The notes: generated by a model not told the origin, from the sequence alone. Counted from the first letter of the stretch, positions 8,887 through 19,466 are shown. The stretch is 64,000 bases of DNA from Candidatus Bathyarchaeum tardum (GCA_024650005.2 CP122380.1:1632001-1696000), one strand, 5' to 3'. Made by a program: numbers and translations.

Positions 8887-10915
8887 AGAAACAATAACAA
8901 TTGACCCAGAAGCAATATTTCTGGATTTCTTCAAGATGGACAAATACCGTGAACGGATTTCCAGCATGGCAGTTTCGGGAAACACATCATTTGTTGTAGA
9001 TTTTGATGAACTTTTAGCATCTGAACCTAAACTTGCTCAACTCCTTATGGACAAGCCTGACGAATATCTGGAATACGCAAACAGGGCAGCTAAAGCCCAG
9101 TTGCAAATCGAAGAACAAGAATACGCTGAAGAAACTAAAACAATCACAGTAAGATTCAAGGGGCTTCCGGAAGCCACACCTTTACGTATCCTAGGTTCAA
9201 AACACATTGGAAAATTTGTAATGCTAGAGGGAATAGTTGTTCGAGCCAGCCCAGCTCGACCAATGGTAATGGAGGCAGCCTTCAAATGCAAATGGTGCGG
9301 AGCCATGGCGTTTGTTACACAGTCAGGACCGTTTTTAACGGCACCTAATGCATGTAGTGCTCCAGAATGTAGAAGAAAAAGTGCCTTTGATTTTGTTCAA
9401 GAAGAATCTACATTTATTGACTCCCAAGACGTTCGCATTCAAGAACGCCCTGAAGATTTGCCTCCAGGTCAGCTTCCAAGATGGCTTGACATTAAACTTC
9501 TAGAACGTGACCTTGTTGACGCAGCCCGTCCAGGAGACCATATTGCTGTTGTAGGAATTACCAGAGCTCATGCTACCCGATTGCCAAAAGTTGGTCAACT
9601 TAGATCCTTCACGTTACAGTTGGACACTAATTACATTGACGTAGAAAGCAAAGAACCAGAAAAGATTCTTATCACGCCTGAAGAGGAAGAACAAATTCTG
9701 GAGCTATCCAAAGATCCCGAAGTTCATAACAAGATTTTGCAATCTTTGGCACCTTCAATATACGGTAACGAACACCTCAAAGAAGCCGTCATGTATCTGT
9801 TGTTTGGAGGAACAGCTAAACACTTCCCAGATATCACCATCCGTGGTGACATGAACGTTCTGATTGTAGGTGACCCAGGTACTGCAAAGTCTCAACTTTT
9901 GCAGTATGTATCTAAGATTGCTCCCCGTGGTTTGTATACGTCGGGTCGTGGAACTACTGCGGCAGGTTTGACTGCTGCGGTTCTTCGTGACAAGACAGGC
10001 GGCATGACCTTAGAAGCCGGAGCCCTAGTTTTGGCAGATAAAGGTGTTGCTGCTATCGACGAAATGGACAAAATGCGTACAGAAGACCGTGTCGCCATTC
10101 ACGAAGTCATGGAACAGCACACTGTTTCGATTGCAAAAGGTGGTATTGTTGCAACCTTGAACGCTCGCACATCGGTTTTGGCGGCGGCGAACCCCACGTT
10201 GGGACGTTACGACCCATACAGGACAGTAAGTGAAAACATTTCGTTGCCAGTTACTATCCTTTCACGTTTTGACCTGATTTTTGTTCTACGAGACGTCCCA
10301 GAAGAAGAAAAAGATGCCCGAACAACAGAACACATCCTTGATTTGCACAGACGAGGAACAATCCCTACTGAGGCTCCGATTAATTCTGAGTTGTTCCGAA
10401 AGTATGTTAGTTACTCCAAAAACATGCATCCAACTCTTTCTCAAGAGGCTCTGGATTGCTTGAAAGATTTCTACTTGCGTATGCGTGCAGCCAGCGAAAC
10501 TGAGGGAACACCTGTAGCCATTACTGCAAGGCAGTTAGAGTCCTTGGTTCGTGTTGCAGAAGCCAGAGCACGTATAGCATTAAAAGATAAAGTTGAACTT
10601 GAAGATGCAGAACATGCCATTGAGATCATGAAGATTTCCCTTGAACAAGTTGGAATCGACATTTCTTCACAAAAATTTGACATCGACATTATCATGACCG
10701 GCAAACCAAAGAGTCTACGGGATAAGCTGTCAATAATTTTGGGCTTGATCACTACCATGGAAAAGGAAACCGGAATGGTCGACAAAGAACGCCTAATGGA
10801 GCGGTTACAAACTGAGTACGATGTATTAAGTGGAGAAGCTGAACGTATGATTAATCAGATGCTAAAAGAAGGAACATTATTTGAGCCCAAGAATGGTTTC
10901 CTCAAGAAGACTTGA
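8879..10915 (+). CDS. mcm: replicative helicase MCM
   Basis: Zn finger, GDPGTAKS, IDEMDK, AAANP, LSRFD, TARQLESL, C-terminal wHTH. Confidence 0.98.
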   Translation: MTEETITIDPEAIFLDFFKMDKYRERISSMAVSGNTSFVVDFDELLASEPKLAQLLMDKPDEYLEYANRAAKAQLQIEEQEYAEETKTITVRFKGLPEATPLRILGSKHIGKFVMLEGIVVRASPARPMVMEAAFKCKWCGAMAFVTQSGPFLTAPNACSAPECRRKSAFDFVQEESTFIDSQDVRIQERPEDLPPGQLPRWLDIKLLERDLVDAARPGDHIAVVGITRAHATRLPKVGQLRSFTLQLDTNYIDVESKEPEKILITPEEEEQILELSKDPEVHNKILQSLAPSIYGNEHLKEAVMYLLFGGTAKHFPDITIRGDMNVLIVGDPGTAKSQLLQYVSKIAPRGLYTSGRGTTAAGLTAAVLRDKTGGMTLEAGALVLADKGVAAIDEMDKMRTEDRVAIHEVMEQHTVSIAKGGIVATLNARTSVLAAANPTLGRYDPYRTVSENISLPVTILSRFDLIFVLRDVPEEEKDARTTEHILDLHRRGTIPTEAPINSELFRKYVSYSKNMHPTLSQEALDCLKDFYLRMRAASETEGTPVAITARQLESLVRVAEARARIALKDKVELEDAEHAIEIMKISLEQVGIDISSQKFDIDIIMTGKPKSLRDKLSIILGLITTMEKETGMVDKERLMERLQTEYDVLSGEAERMINQMLKEGTLFEPKNGFLKKT

Positions 10916-10932
10916 ACTAAAGGTCAGCAACG

Positions 10933-13167
10933 TTGAAAGTAGAAGAACTGCCCCTTCATGATTCAGCTAAACAGGTTTTAATCCAGTTAGGTCTTACTGA
11001 ACTGTATCCACCCCAAGAAGAAGCAGTGCATGCAGGTGCGTTAAACGGAAAAAATCTAGTTTTGGCAAGCCCCACCGCTTCGGGCAAAACCTTGGTTGCA
11101 GAATTGTGTGCTCTAAAACACATTTTGGAAAATGATGGAAAGGTTTTGTATTTGTCTCCCCTGCGGGCGTTGGCTAGTGAAAAATATGAAGAATTCCAAA
11201 AATACACCAGTATACGAAAACCAAATGGACGAAAAATCAGCATTGGAATAAGCACTGGAGACTTTGACGGCAGCGACCCATGGATGGGGAAACATGATGT
11301 TGTTATAACTACTAACGAGAAAGCAGATTCTCTTCTTCGGCACCGAACCAAATGGGTAAACGATATCACTCTTGTCGTTGCTGATGAGGTTCATCTTTTG
11401 AATGATGCAAGCCGTGGACCAACCCTTGAGGTGGTTTTGGCTCGTCTGATGCAGGTTAATCCTGATGTTCAGTTGTTGGTTTTGAGTGCAACCATAAAAA
11501 ATGTTGGAGAAGTTGCAGATTGGCTGAAAGCAATTTCAGTTACTACAGAATGGCGACCTGTAACTCTCCGAGAAGGAGTAATCATCGGGGATGAAATTCA
11601 TTTCAAAGATGGTGGAGCACAAAAAATCGATAACAGCGCCAAAAATCCTACATTAAACTTGGCAGTTTATACAGTAAAATCAGGAAATCAAGCTTTAGCT
11701 TTTGCTGGCACTAGAAGAAATTCTATAAGTTTGGCAAAAAAAATTGCGACCAAAATTAAGCCTCATTTATCTAAGCCTATGAAACGTTCTTTGAATCAGT
11801 TGGCTGAGCAAATTCTTGCAACCGGTGAGCGAACAAGACTCGGAGAACAGCTAGCAGAAGTTGTCAGAGGTGGTGCAGCGTTTCATCATGCAGGATTAAG
11901 CGGTGGTCACCGAAAAATTATTGAAAACTCGTTCAAAGAAGGAAAAATTAAGGTCTTAACAGCTACTCCAACGTTAGCCATTGGAATGAACCTTCCAGCG
12001 CGGGTGGTAATAATTAATGAATATCGCAGGTACGAGCCGGGATATGGGTATTATCCGATTCCAGTTCTTGAGTATAAGCAGATGGCGGGACGAGCCGGAA
12101 GACCCAGATACGACAAGTTTGGAGATTCCATTCTGGTAGCAAAAACAGAAGATGAACGTGACTACCTTATGGAAAATTATATTCTTGCAGAAACAGAACA
12201 AATCTGGTCCAAACTTGCTGTAGAAAAGATTTTGCGATCCCATGTTTTGGCTACTATTGCGTCAGATTTTGCTCACAGCGAACAAGGAATCTACGAGTTT
12301 TTTGGCAAGACATTTTATGCTCACCAGTATGACCCTCGGGCAATAAAGGGAGTTATTCAGAAAAGTTTGGGGTTTTTGTTCACAGAAAAAATGATTGAAC
12401 TGGACAAAAACAACATTTTAGCTACTCCCTTTGGACGAAGAGTCTCTGAGCTGTATATCGACCCTTTAACTGGAGTTACCATAAGGGATGCTTTAACGAA
12501 CCGTGCGGATAACGTAACTGATGTTAGTTTTCTGCACATGATCTCCCGCACTCCAGATATGTACCCCAAATTACGTCCATATAATACTGAAATGGATAAC
12601 CTGCAATTCTTTATTGAAGACCACCAAAACGAGTTCATGTTTGATCTTCCGGACCCGTGGATGGACCGAATCGGGTTTGAAGAATTTCTGGGTGAAGCTA
12701 AAATGGCGTTGGTTCTTGATTCGTGGATGAACGAAACCACAGAAGATCAAATGATAGAACAATTCAAAGTTCAGCCCGGAGATCTTTACAGGTTAATTTC
12801 AAACGCTAAATGGCTGGTTCATGCTTCCCACGAGCTAGCGTCCTTGTTCAAACACAAAGACTTGCTACAGAAATTGTCTAGGTTAACAGTAAGAATTGAG
12901 AAGGGAGTAAAACCCGAACTGCTTTCCTTAGTTTCACTGCAAGGTGTTGGAAGAGCCCGCGCCAGAGTGCTATTCGATTCGGGAGTCAAAACAATTGACG
13001 ATATCAAAACAGTTCCATTATCAAAGTTAGTTGGCTTGCCTTTAATTGGAGCAAAAGTTGCTCAAAAAATAAAGAAACAAGTAGGTGGTATTGTGGAAAT
13101 GCACGAAACTCAGAGCCTAGATCCTAAAAAACAAGCAAAGAAACAACGGTCATTAACAGACTTTTAG
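10933..13167 (+). CDS. hel308: Hel308/Hjm Ski2-like DNA helicase
   Basis: PTASGKT, DEVH, LSAT, FHHAGL, QMAGRAGR, GVGRARAR domain V. Confidence 0.95.
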   Translation: MKVEELPLHDSAKQVLIQLGLTELYPPQEEAVHAGALNGKNLVLASPTASGKTLVAELCALKHILENDGKVLYLSPLRALASEKYEEFQKYTSIRKPNGRKISIGISTGDFDGSDPWMGKHDVVITTNEKADSLLRHRTKWVNDITLVVADEVHLLNDASRGPTLEVVLARLMQVNPDVQLLVLSATIKNVGEVADWLKAISVTTEWRPVTLREGVIIGDEIHFKDGGAQKIDNSAKNPTLNLAVYTVKSGNQALAFAGTRRNSISLAKKIATKIKPHLSKPMKRSLNQLAEQILATGERTRLGEQLAEVVRGGAAFHHAGLSGGHRKIIENSFKEGKIKVLTATPTLAIGMNLPARVVIINEYRRYEPGYGYYPIPVLEYKQMAGRAGRPRYDKFGDSILVAKTEDERDYLMENYILAETEQIWSKLAVEKILRSHVLATIASDFAHSEQGIYEFFGKTFYAHQYDPRAIKGVIQKSLGFLFTEKMIELDKNNILATPFGRRVSELYIDPLTGVTIRDALTNRADNVTDVSFLHMISRTPDMYPKLRPYNTEMDNLQFFIEDHQNEFMFDLPDPWMDRIGFEEFLGEAKMALVLDSWMNETTEDQMIEQFKVQPGDLYRLISNAKWLVHASHELASLFKHKDLLQKLSRLTVRIEKGVKPELLSLVSLQGVGRARARVLFDSGVKTIDDIKTVPLSKLVGLPLIGAKVAQKIKKQVGGIVEMHETQSLDPKKQAKKQRSLTDF

Positions 13168-14561
13168 TCGGTTAAACCGCGAGCTTTTCGTTCTTGTTTT
13201 GTTTTTTGTATAACACGTTCAATCTGTTGAGGAACAGTTCCCAAGTAGTTTCGGGGGTCCATTACTTTTTCAAGTTCTTCGGGTGTCAGTAACTCTTTGA
13301 TGGTGCTGTTTTCTGACAAAGCGTCTTTAAATTCTCGTTGTTCGTTGTGGCTTTCTATTGCCAGCTGTCGGGTGAGTTCGTGAGCTTTTTGGCGTCCTAG
13401 TCCTTTCTTGGCTAGGGTTAGCATTACTGATTCGGACATCATTCTTCCTTGGGTTATGTTCATATTTTGGCTCATTCTTGTTTCGTCGATTTGCAGCCCT
13501 TTTAGGACGCGTACCATCAAAATCAGCATGTAATCGATTAAGATGCATTCTTCAGGAATTACAAAACGTTCACAAGAAGATTGAGTTAAATCCCGTTCAT
13601 GCCAGGTTCGAACATTTTCCAAAGCAGGAGAAACTAGGCTTCTTAGTATTTTAGCTAAACCACAGATGCGCTCAGAAATCATTGGGTTACGTTTATGCGG
13701 CATAGTTGAGCTGCCAACTTGCTTTTTTTGTTCAAAGGCTTCAAAAGCTTCCGCAATTTCTGGTCGTTGCAGTTGTCGAATCTCGTTGGCTATGTTATCC
13801 ATACTACAGGCAAGAATAGCCAAGGTGCAAGTTAATTCAGCATAACGGTCTCGTTGAACAATCTGGGTAGAAATGTCTGCGGCGTCAATGCCAAGGCGTT
13901 GCATAACTAGTTCCTGAATTTCTAAGGCTTTTGGTCCTAACCCTGCTTGGGTTCCTACGGCGCCACTCATTTTTCCATCCAGTAACCGTTTTTTGCAGTT
14001 ATGAAGACGTTGAATGTTTCGGGCAATTTCTCGGGTCCAAACGGAGGCTTTGAACCCAAAAGTTGTGGGCAAAGCATGTTGACCATGGCTTCTGCCCATC
14101 ATTATGCTTGTTTTGTGTTTTTCAGCTCGCTCTAACAGGACAGATTCTAATTCATTAAGGCGGTTTTCGATCACATTTACAGCTTCTTTTAGTTGCAAAG
14201 CTGTTGCAGTATCAAGCATGTCAGAGCTGGTTGCCCCCAAATGAACAAACTCTCCGCTGGAGCCGCACTGTTCAGCTAGGGCTCTTACGAGGGCCATTAC
14301 GTCATGTCGGATTTCGTTTTCAATTGCTTTTACCCGCTCAAGTTTAACATAATTTATGGATGCTTTTTCAACAATTATTTTAGCATCTTTTTTGGGTATG
14401 TTTCCTACTTGGCTGTGAGCCCATGCTAGTGCTCCTTCTACTTCCAGCATTTTTTGGAGCCGGTTTTCTTCGTCAAAGATTTTTCTCATTTCAGGGGATC
14501 CATAACGACCAGTGTCAATTGGAATAATGGGCAAACTTGATTTCCTCCACAAACGTAACAT
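13164..14561 (-). CDS. purB: adenylosuccinate lyase
   Basis: RHDVMA, HLGATS, GRSHGQHA and GSSTMPHKRNP signature; likely start is TTG 14534. Confidence 0.96.
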   Translation of the reverse strand: MLRLWRKSSLPIIPIDTGRYGSPEMRKIFDEENRLQKMLEVEGALAWAHSQVGNIPKKDAKIIVEKASINYVKLERVKAIENEIRHDVMALVRALAEQCGSSGEFVHLGATSSDMLDTATALQLKEAVNVIENRLNELESVLLERAEKHKTSIMMGRSHGQHALPTTFGFKASVWTREIARNIQRLHNCKKRLLDGKMSGAVGTQAGLGPKALEIQELVMQRLGIDAADISTQIVQRDRYAELTCTLAILACSMDNIANEIRQLQRPEIAEAFEAFEQKKQVGSSTMPHKRNPMISERICGLAKILRSLVSPALENVRTWHERDLTQSSCERFVIPEECILIDYMLILMVRVLKGLQIDETRMSQNMNITQGRMMSESVMLTLAKKGLGRQKAHELTRQLAIESHNEQREFKDALSENSTIKELLTPEELEKVMDPRNYLGTVPQQIERVIQKTKQERKARGLTD

Positions 14562-14623
14562 TAATGATTATACTAACCTTTACTATTTTCGCCTAAAAAT
14601 AATGTGTTGTAGAGGGAGAAAAA

Positions 14624-16081
14624 TTGGGTGCATTAGTTGGAGCAGTAAACAAGAAACAAGAAAACGCCGCAGGCACTGTAATTGAAATGATGCATGAGTT
14701 AACTCACCGAGGAAAAGGGGGTTACGGAATCGCAACATATGATTCAACTAAAACATCTATCACCTTTGAAGAAATAAAAAACATCAACAACTGCAACTCA
14801 GATATTATAATAGGACACAACCTTTCTTGTATAATGTCCCGAGATAAGCCCCAACCAGTCCAAGGAGAAAAATTTACTATTGTTTTTGAGGGACGATTGT
14901 ATCCTGCACCAACTATTCCCGGAGAGAATGAAGCAGAAAAAATTGCCAAAAAACTTGGTTCCAAGCCTTTACGAAACGCTGAAAAAATACTGGAAAAATG
15001 GGGGGCATATGTTTTTGCTATAGCCCAAAAAGACAAAATCATTGTAGGCAGAGACGTTTTTGGCACAGTTCCCTTGTATTATGGAGAAAACGAAGAAGTA
15101 TGTGCTGTTGCTTCTGAACGTAAAGCTTTGTGGAGAATTGGAATACAAAAAGTACAATCCTTTCCTCCGGGGCAGTTAGCAGTTATTAACAAAGAAGGGT
15201 TTGTGTTCCATAAAGTTGACCAGTTGCATGTTCCCCCTAAAGAAAAAATTGACATGGAAACTGCATGCCGTGCTTTGTATCTTTTGTTGTTGGAAACTAA
15301 CAGAAAACAGCTTTCAGATTTGAACTCTGTTGCAGTAGCCTTTTCAGGAGGCGTAGACAGCAGCGTGGTGGCAGCACTAGCAAGAGATGTTGGTTTAGAT
15401 GTTCAGTTGATTTCGGTAGGACTTGAAAATCAACCAGAAGTAATGTTTACTAAACAAGCTGCAGAATCTTTAGATTTGCCGATTCATGTTCAAACATACA
15501 CAGAAAAAGAACTTGAACAAACCCTGCCCAAAGCATTATGGTTAACTGAAGAACCAAACCCAGTTAGTGCATCTATTGCAGTTCCCTTTTATTGGTTAGC
15601 AGAAACAGCATCCAAACTTGAACATCCCGTTTTGTTGGCGGGTCAAGGAGCAGATGAACTCTTTGGTGGATACCAACGTTACGTTACAGAATACGAAAAA
15701 TCAGGTGAAGTTGCGGTAGAGCAAAAACTGTTTTTTGATGTTGAAAATGCGTACAGCACAAATTTTCAGCGGGATAATCATGTGTGTGCATACCATGGAA
15801 TAGAACTTAGACTGCCTTTCATCAACAAGGATGTTATCGAGTTTGCATTACGATTGCCTTTCAAGTTCAAAATTAATTCGACTGAAGATAAACTTCGCAA
15901 ACACATTCTACGAAGAGTAGCCCACGACAATTTTGAAATTCCCAAACTGCTGTCAGACAAACCCAAAAAAGCGGTTCAGTACACTACTGGTGTAACAAAA
16001 GGGCTTCAACACATAGCAAAAGAAAACAAGATGACATTACGTGAATATGTTGAAGATGCATTCAAAAAAGTTCATTGTTGA
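14624..16081 (+). CDS. asparagine synthetase B-like protein lacking the N-terminal Cys
   Basis: HRG, RDVFGTVPLYY, AFSGGVDSS, GQGADELFGGY, ELRLPF motifs. Confidence 0.88.
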   Translation: MGALVGAVNKKQENAAGTVIEMMHELTHRGKGGYGIATYDSTKTSITFEEIKNINNCNSDIIIGHNLSCIMSRDKPQPVQGEKFTIVFEGRLYPAPTIPGENEAEKIAKKLGSKPLRNAEKILEKWGAYVFAIAQKDKIIVGRDVFGTVPLYYGENEEVCAVASERKALWRIGIQKVQSFPPGQLAVINKEGFVFHKVDQLHVPPKEKIDMETACRALYLLLLETNRKQLSDLNSVAVAFSGGVDSSVVAALARDVGLDVQLISVGLENQPEVMFTKQAAESLDLPIHVQTYTEKELEQTLPKALWLTEEPNPVSASIAVPFYWLAETASKLEHPVLLAGQGADELFGGYQRYVTEYEKSGEVAVEQKLFFDVENAYSTNFQRDNHVCAYHGIELRLPFINKDVIEFALRLPFKFKINSTEDKLRKHILRRVAHDNFEIPKLLSDKPKKAVQYTTGVTKGLQHIAKENKMTLREYVEDAFKKVHC

Positions 16082-16104
16082 AAAAAATAAAAAATAAAAT
16101 TGTT

Positions 16105-16142
16105 AAGGGAAAACTAACAGTTTCCCCTAAACGGGGTTTTTG
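16105..16142. terminator. hairpin(s) with T-tract between convergent asnB-like and ferredoxin genes
   Basis: GGGAAAACT-AAC-AGTTTCCC and CCCC-TAAAC-GGGG followed by TTTTT. Confidence 0.4.
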
Positions 16143-16158
16143 ATTTCGAGTTATTGGT

Positions 16159-16341
16159 TTACTCGATGACTTGAATTGCGCCTTCTGGGCATTGCATTTC
16201 ACATGCGCGACATACTAAGCAGTCTTCTAGGGCTACGACGACGGCTTTTCCGTCTTTCATTTCGTAAACTCCTACTGGACAAGTGTCAACACATGTTTCG
16301 CATCCAGTGCATTTGTCAACATCGATTTTGATTTCAACCAT
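16159..16341 (-). CDS. 2[4Fe-4S] ferredoxin
   Basis: Two CxxCxxCxxxCP motifs. Confidence 0.95.
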   Translation of the reverse strand: MVEIKIDVDKCTGCETCVDTCPVGVYEMKDGKAVVVALEDCLVCRACEMQCPEGAIQVIE

Positions 16342-16413
16342 TAGTCATTCAACTCCACTTTAGATTTTAATCAAAATAAGCAACTAAATAAAAACGTTTC
16401 CAAAAAAAGAAAA

Positions 16414-17958
16414 TTAATCGCGGAGTCGCAAAAGAACTCCGTCAATTTTGGATTCTGCTTCATCGATTTTAGCTTGATATTCTTGGACAAGCTTTTCATA
16501 TGCACTTTTGGAAATTTCGCCCCGATTGACCCGTGAAGTAGCCCGTTGCATGTCTTTTTCTACGTTATCAAGGGTTGCTTCAGCGACTTCAAGCTGGTTC
16601 ATTAACCGTCCATAATTGGAACCAGCTTCGCAGATTGAAGATTTCAGAGCAGAAATTCGTCTATTTGCTGCAGAAAGTCTTCCTTCAAGCATTTTCTTTC
16701 TAACTTTGTATTTTCGTCGAGGGATTTTGCCTTTTTGCAGTCTTTGTTCAAGGGAACTAAGTTCAGATTTGATGTTCAATTTTTCGTCGTAAGTATCAAC
16801 AAAGGTTTTGAGGTCTTTTGAGGAAACTATGATAGTTGGAGCAGAAACTGTTGTTTGTGTATCATGAACAAAGAATACAACTGCAACTATTACGGCTATT
16901 ATTGCCACCCATATTGTGGGGTAAAACGAAGCCCAGAATACACTGTATTCATATTTGACTTGGAAGGCAAGGTCGTCTGATGGGTTTACATCTGAAAAAC
17001 TGAAGGTTATTGTTTCAGGTCTGTTTTCGTCAACACTATCAGGTGTTTGGGTTGCTGTTTGGAATTTGGCGCCATCAGGTAGAACTACAGAAACTGTTAA
17101 GGTTCCAATGGTTGAGTTGAATTCTTCATAAAATGTGGAGGACAAGGTGTAATCATTTTCGCTATCTAGTGTTACAAGGTCGCTCCATGGAAGATTGAAC
17201 CTAAGATACAAATTTTCAGTTTCGTCGGTGTCTAGGTCGCCTCTGAGGGTGACTGTCAATACATTGTCTTTAACAGATGTTTCAAGGGTTCCCATTTCGT
17301 CCCGTATTACAAAGTTGTATGCATTTTCGGGGACACCGATTAGGATTGTTTTGGTCAAATATTCTAAGTTAATTACTTTGTAAGCGTTAGTCACAAGAAT
17401 ATTTCCTGATTGACCCAAAATTATTTCCCGGTTAACTTCTTCAAACACGCTCATGATAATGGGGGCTTGAAAGTCATCAAATCCATAAACGGTGGGTAAA
17501 GTAAGATCATTTTTTGTATCAATTATGTGATCAGAATCATCATACAAATAAACAGATGCCAGTTTACTGGGACTGACACCTCCGGCGTAGATTGCTTGTC
17601 CTTCTAAATCAATGTAAATAACTCGAATTCCTGCTTCTAGGTATTGGGTAGTGTTGTCCTGAACAAAAGCAACCTTATTAGCTGAATCATACAGTCCGCC
17701 ACCATCTACAGTGTAAGTTCCCGCTGTGGTGACGTTTATTTCTACGCCTACCCTCAGGACATCGTAGTATCCGTCGCCGTCTAGGTCGATTCCTTCGTTA
17801 TAAAGGGTTCCAGTGAGGCTTGCACCTGCAGGGTCTTGGGCATTAACTGGTGATAGTTGCACCATAAAAAGGGACAAAGTTAAAGCAAGAATGAAAAAAG
17901 TTACCGTTTTGTGCATAATTTTTTTGTGAACATACGTATTTTTCACATGATACACCAT
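16414..17958 (-). CDS. ribophorin I (OST1)-like single-pass membrane protein with cytoplasmic helical tail
   Basis: Signal peptide; beta-rich ectodomain (VNREIIL, VIRDEMG, VSVVLPDGA, QVKYEYS..W..F.PTIW); one TM; charged coiled-coil C-terminus. Confidence 0.6.
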   Translation of the reverse strand: MVYHVKNTYVHKKIMHKTVTFFILALTLSLFMVQLSPVNAQDPAGASLTGTLYNEGIDLDGDGYYDVLRVGVEINVTTAGTYTVDGGGLYDSANKVAFVQDNTTQYLEAGIRVIYIDLEGQAIYAGGVSPSKLASVYLYDDSDHIIDTKNDLTLPTVYGFDDFQAPIIMSVFEEVNREIILGQSGNILVTNAYKVINLEYLTKTILIGVPENAYNFVIRDEMGTLETSVKDNVLTVTLRGDLDTDETENLYLRFNLPWSDLVTLDSENDYTLSSTFYEEFNSTIGTLTVSVVLPDGAKFQTATQTPDSVDENRPETITFSFSDVNPSDDLAFQVKYEYSVFWASFYPTIWVAIIAVIVAVVFFVHDTQTTVSAPTIIVSSKDLKTFVDTYDEKLNIKSELSSLEQRLQKGKIPRRKYKVRKKMLEGRLSAANRRISALKSSICEAGSNYGRLMNQLEVAEATLDNVEKDMQRATSRVNRGEISKSAYEKLVQEYQAKIDEAESKIDGVLLRLRD

Positions 17959-18130
17959 CAGGAAAGTTTGTGTTTTTTAGTAGGGTAAGTATCTTTGATT
18001 ACCTTTATGAACTTTTAGATACTTCGCTGTTGTTAGGCACATTGAAAGATTATACACATAATATGTAGAAAAAGTTAAATTCAAAATCATATATTACTTG
18101 AACGTGAAAAAATAGTAATATAATTAGTGG

Positions 18131-18667
18131 GTGGATGAAAACATGAATAAAAAAATGATTTATGTTGTTTTTATTGTTGTAATTGTAATACTTGGAGTTT
18201 GCAGTGCTTGGCTTCTTATAAGAAGCGAAAACTTGCAAAATCAAGTGAACTCCATTGAGGATGAAAAAAGTCAACTTCAGACCTTAATTGCAGATTTACA
18301 AAATCAAGTGACAACTAAAGATTTTGAAATCACTGACCTCAACGACCAAATAAACGAGCTACGAGAAGCAAAACTAATGAATGTTGGAACAGGGGCATCA
18401 GACCACAACGATGGACAACCGCCATATCTTTATGTTTACGGTTATATCTGTAACATCGGCCGTGAAACAGCTTACAATGCAAAAATTCACGTTACTGCAA
18501 ATCATATAAACGGTGAAACAGCCATTGACACTTACATTGATATTGATCAAACACCAAGCATAACTGAAGGTTTAGTATACACCCTTCAACAATTCATTAC
18601 TTATGACGGAATTAGTATCGACACCAACAGTATAACTATAACTCCAGAATGGACAAACGAACCATAA
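18131..18667 (+). CDS. membrane-anchored coiled-coil protein with C-terminal Ig-like domain
   Basis: N-terminal TM, heptad region, LYVYGYICNIGRETAYN. Confidence 0.75.
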   Translation: MDENMNKKMIYVVFIVVIVILGVCSAWLLIRSENLQNQVNSIEDEKSQLQTLIADLQNQVTTKDFEITDLNDQINELREAKLMNVGTGASDHNDGQPPYLYVYGYICNIGRETAYNAKIHVTANHINGETAIDTYIDIDQTPSITEGLVYTLQQFITYDGISIDTNSITITPEWTNEP

Positions 18668-18975
18668 AAACAAAAAGTCCACACGCAGGCAATTCCCAGT
18701 GTCTGCGGTGGACAGCAATTGCATGCATTTTGTCAAGAAACCTTGACCAAAACCAACATTCAATCAATCAAGAAAGTTTTACACAACAGTTTGATGTTAT
18801 AATTTTGAGAAAAGGGTGGAATACAGATTTTTCTTTTCTTACCGACCCCAGAATTTTCAGAATAACAAAATTAGGCAAAGGAACAGTTCTTGGTTCTTAT
18901 ATTCTTTGGATTCGAATGAAACTAACAAATATAAAGACTTCTTTGATAATCACACTTTCTAATTCTTGCCTTTTT

Positions 18976-19213
18976 CTAGGATAGCGAAATGAAGCATCGT
19001 TCAACTGGCTTTTTGTATGCCCATAACAGCAACAATGCCAAAGCAAAAATTAGTGGTGCTCCCACCCATTGCAAAGTAATATTCTTCTGTGAAGCTTTCC
19101 AAACCCCAGAACGCGGTGGCAAATTTTGGGAACACCATCATCAGAGTCGCCAGTAAATCAGTTACTGCACCAACGGGGTAAGCAAGTTTCAACAATTTCG
19201 TGCCATGCTTCAC
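18976..19213 (-). pseudogene. frameshifted small membrane protein
   Basis: Hydrophobic ORF to ...YYFAMG continues in another frame as GAPLIFALALLLLWAYKKPVERCFISLS*. Confidence 0.45.
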
Positions 19214-19223
19214 TTTATTCTAC

Positions 19224-19463
19224 CTATTTGTTTTGGGCAAAAGCGCTACTTTTTAGAATGGAAAAAAGGTCAGACACTGGGTTAGGGAATTCTTTGGCGA
19301 TTTCGTTTGCGATGTCTAATGGAACGCCTTGGTCTACCATTGTTTTTGTAAAGGTTGCTTTGGCTTTTCGTCGCTTCATTGAAGTTTGGGTCACCAAGCC
19401 CAAGGATTGAAACGCCAATTTTGAGCCGTACATGACGTTGGAAAGAAGGGATTTAGCACCCAT
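19224..19463 (-). CDS. small helical hypothetical protein
   Basis: 79 aa, starts 3 nt after the upstream gene; ATFTKTMVDQGVPLDIA motif. Confidence 0.7.
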   Translation of the reverse strand: MGAKSLLSNVMYGSKLAFQSLGLVTQTSMKRRKAKATFTKTMVDQGVPLDIANEIAKEFPNPVSDLFSILKSSAFAQNK

Positions 19464-19466
19464 GCT

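Noticed and set aside
8879-10915. Inteins in MCM, RFC or Hel308
   Set aside because: Lengths are normal and Walker motifs are uninterrupted
9037-13007. Many 60-140 aa antisense ORFs inside mcm and hel308, and likewise inside copA, ileS and ilvD
   Set aside because: Shadow ORFs of strongly conserved genes with no motifs or SD sites
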